DNA of 64,000 bases, from assembly GCA_002313635.1 (NCBI GenBank), contig DCBY01000030.1, positions 3,368 to 67,367 of the forward strand, written 5' to 3'. Shown here piece by piece: positions 62,179 through 64,000 of this stretch (the stretch's first letter is position 1; the number at the start of each line of letters is the position of its first letter). A model generated the notes under the pieces. That model did not search any database. It was not told where the DNA came from and saw only the letters and a list, made by a program, of their open reading frames with translations. Origin of the DNA: Fusobacteriia bacterium UBA1095 (lineage in GTDB: Bacteria > Fusobacteriota > Fusobacteriia > Bac17 > UBA816). The position numbers and the translations under genes were made by a program.

Positions 62179-64000
62179 ATGTCATTAGGAGCTATACAGA
62201 AAGAGATAATGAGCACCAGCTCGATGAGGCTAGATGGTGCTATAAGATGGGCAACAAGAGAACTGGATGTTGACCCTGAAGTTATAAAGTCAAGAGTAAT
62301 TGCAAACTACACTAGTAGCATGATAGAGAAGAATATGAATAGAGTTCTTCTTGCGCTAGCTTTGGAGTTAACAACTGCTGAATCGCCAGATTGGAAGATT
62401 GCAGCTTCAAGGTTTTTGTTAATGGATTTGTATAAAAAGGCATCTGAGAATAGAGGATACTCTTCATTTGGCTACAATGGAGACTATCTCTCCTTTTTAA
62501 AGGAAGCTTGTGAGAAAAAAGTTTATGATTCTGCCATTTTTGATCACTACTCTGAAGAGGAGATTGTAAAGGCTAGCAGCTTTTTGAATCCTGAGTATGA
62601 TATGAGCTTTGATTTTGCCGGAATGAACATGATGGTTAACAGGTATTTAGTTCAAGATAGAGGTGAGATTTTTGAGCTGCCACAAGAGGCTTTTTTAACA
62701 ATAGCACTCTGGTTAGCTTCAAGAGAGAAGAGAGATAGACTCTCTCTAGTTAAAGATATATACAACGCTTTAGCTTCTAGAGAGGTATCTCTCGCTACAC
62801 CGATACTTATAAGCCTTAGAAGAAGAGGGAATCTATCAAGCTGCTTTATAGTAGCTGTAGACGATAGCCTAGAGAGTATTTTAGAGAATATAAAAGCTGT
62901 GGGTAGAATATCAAAAAATGGTGGTGGAGTAGGAGTATGCCTCAGCAGAATAAGAGCTGCAGGTGCTTCAATCAAAGACACACCTGGAGCATCTGGTGGA
63001 GTTATCCCTTGGATAAAAATAATAAATGATACAGCAGTTGCTGTTAACCAGCTTGGAAAGAGAGCAGGTTCTGTAACAGTTGCTCTGGATGTTTGGCATT
63101 TGGATATTTTTGATTTCTTGGAGCTTCAAACTGAAAATGGAGACCAGAGGATGAAATCTTATGATGTGTTTCCACAAGTTGTCATACCAGATCTATTTAT
63201 GGAAAGGGTTAATTTAGATGCAGAGTGGACGCTATTTGATCCTCATGAGATAAGAACTAAGTTTGGTGTAGAGATAGCAGAGTTATGGGGAGAAGAGTTT
63301 GAATCATTTTACAAGAAGATAGAGTTAGATGAGACTCTAACCTTGAAAAAAAGGGTTAAAGCAAAGTCGCTAATGAAAGAGATGATGAAGGTAACCATAG
63401 AGACAGGAATGCCTTATATGTTCTTCAAAGATACTGCTAATAGGACTAACCCTAATAATCATGATGGACTAGTTGGATGTGGTAATCTTTGTCAGGAATC
63501 ATTTACAAACTTTAGACCTACAAAGATAAGAGATCCAGAGTTGAATGAGGTGGACTCAAAAGTATATCAAGAGGGTTATGACGGACTTGCACATACCTGT
63601 AATTTGACATCTATCAATTTAGCTAATGTTATAGAGGACAAGGATATAGAGAGAGTTATAAGACTGATAGTTAGGATTTTAGATAACACAATCGATTTAA
63701 CAACAACCCCTATAGGTGAGAGTACACTACACAACAAGAGATATAGAACGATAGGGCTAGGTTCCCTTGGTTTGGCTGACCATCTTGCATATAAGAGAAT
63801 TAAGTACGTAGAGGCTGCAGATGAAGTTGATGCTATATTTGAAAAAATAGCATATTGGAGCGTTGATGAGAGTGTCAATTTAGCTATAGAGAGAGGTAGT
63901 TACCCTCTATTCAAAGGTAGCCAATGGCATAAGGGTGTAATGTTTGGGAAAGATAGTGATTGGTTCAAAAAAAATTCTAAACTTTCAAGCAAGTGGTTGA
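62179..64000 (+). CDS. nrdA: Ribonucleoside-diphosphate reductase alpha subunit, class I (3' truncated by window edge; absent from ORF track)
   Basis: Hand-translated from ATG after GAGGAG: ELPQEAF, SLATP, NLSSCF, SKNGGGVG, VNQLGKRAG, ETGMPY, GNLCQE, TCNLTSINL, RTIGLG. Confidence 0.96.
   Translation, partial: MSLGAIQKEIMSTSSMRLDGAIRWATRELDVDPEVIKSRVIANYTSSMIEKNMNRVLLALALELTTAESPDWKIAASRFLLMDLYKKASENRGYSSFGYNGDYLSFLKEACEKKVYDSAIFDHYSEEEIVKASSFLNPEYDMSFDFAGMNMMVNRYLVQDRGEIFELPQEAFLTIALWLASREKRDRLSLVKDIYNALASREVSLATPILISLRRRGNLSSCFIVAVDDSLESILENIKAVGRISKNGGGVGVCLSRIRAAGASIKDTPGASGGVIPWIKIINDTAVAVNQLGKRAGSVTVALDVWHLDIFDFLELQTENGDQRMKSYDVFPQVVIPDLFMERVNLDAEWTLFDPHEIRTKFGVEIAELWGEEFESFYKKIELDETLTLKKRVKAKSLMKEMMKVTIETGMPYMFFKDTANRTNPNNHDGLVGCGNLCQESFTNFRPTKIRDPELNEVDSKVYQEGYDGLAHTCNLTSINLANVIEDKDIERVIRLIVRILDNTIDLTTTPIGESTLHNKRYRTIGLGSLGLADHLAYKRIKYVEAADEVDAIFEKIAYWSVDESVNLAIERGSYPLFKGSQWHKGVMFGKDSDWFKKNSKLSSKWL

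Overview
AT-rich, gene-dense bacterial chromosomal window in the standard genetic code. It looks like a streamlined, probably host-associated diderm; the RecA and GroEL sequence style and the tilS-ftsH and LptD-like genes suggest Fusobacteriota affinity (inference only). The housekeeping core comprises secA, metG, recA, ahpC, nfo, infC-rpmI-rplT-rpsP, groES-groEL with a CIRCE, ftsA-ftsZ-rpsF-ssb-rpsR, three tandem MATE genes plus pfkA-recR-trpS, xerC-tilS-ftsH, leuS, ftsK, thrS, an LptD-like gene and a truncated nrdA with two NrdR boxes. There are seven tRNAs. Many core proteins are shortened and many genes overlap. About ten orphan putative lipoproteins are interspersed, mostly as tandem paralog pairs or arrays and some with ankyrin-like repeats. 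They carry unusually short signal peptides that mostly lack a charged N-region, and eroded pseudogene copies lie among them. The most notable unannotated element is a two-gene operon missed by the ORF track (16766-17061, minus strand). It encodes 49- and 47-aa peptides with double-glycine-type leaders (IDLDKVYGG, IDLSKVSGG), and the second peptide carries the leader motif twice. A PPTase / PgpA-like / acyl-ligase-ACP-acyltransferase cluster suggests lipid scavenging. No CRISPR, rRNA, IS or prophage was seen.
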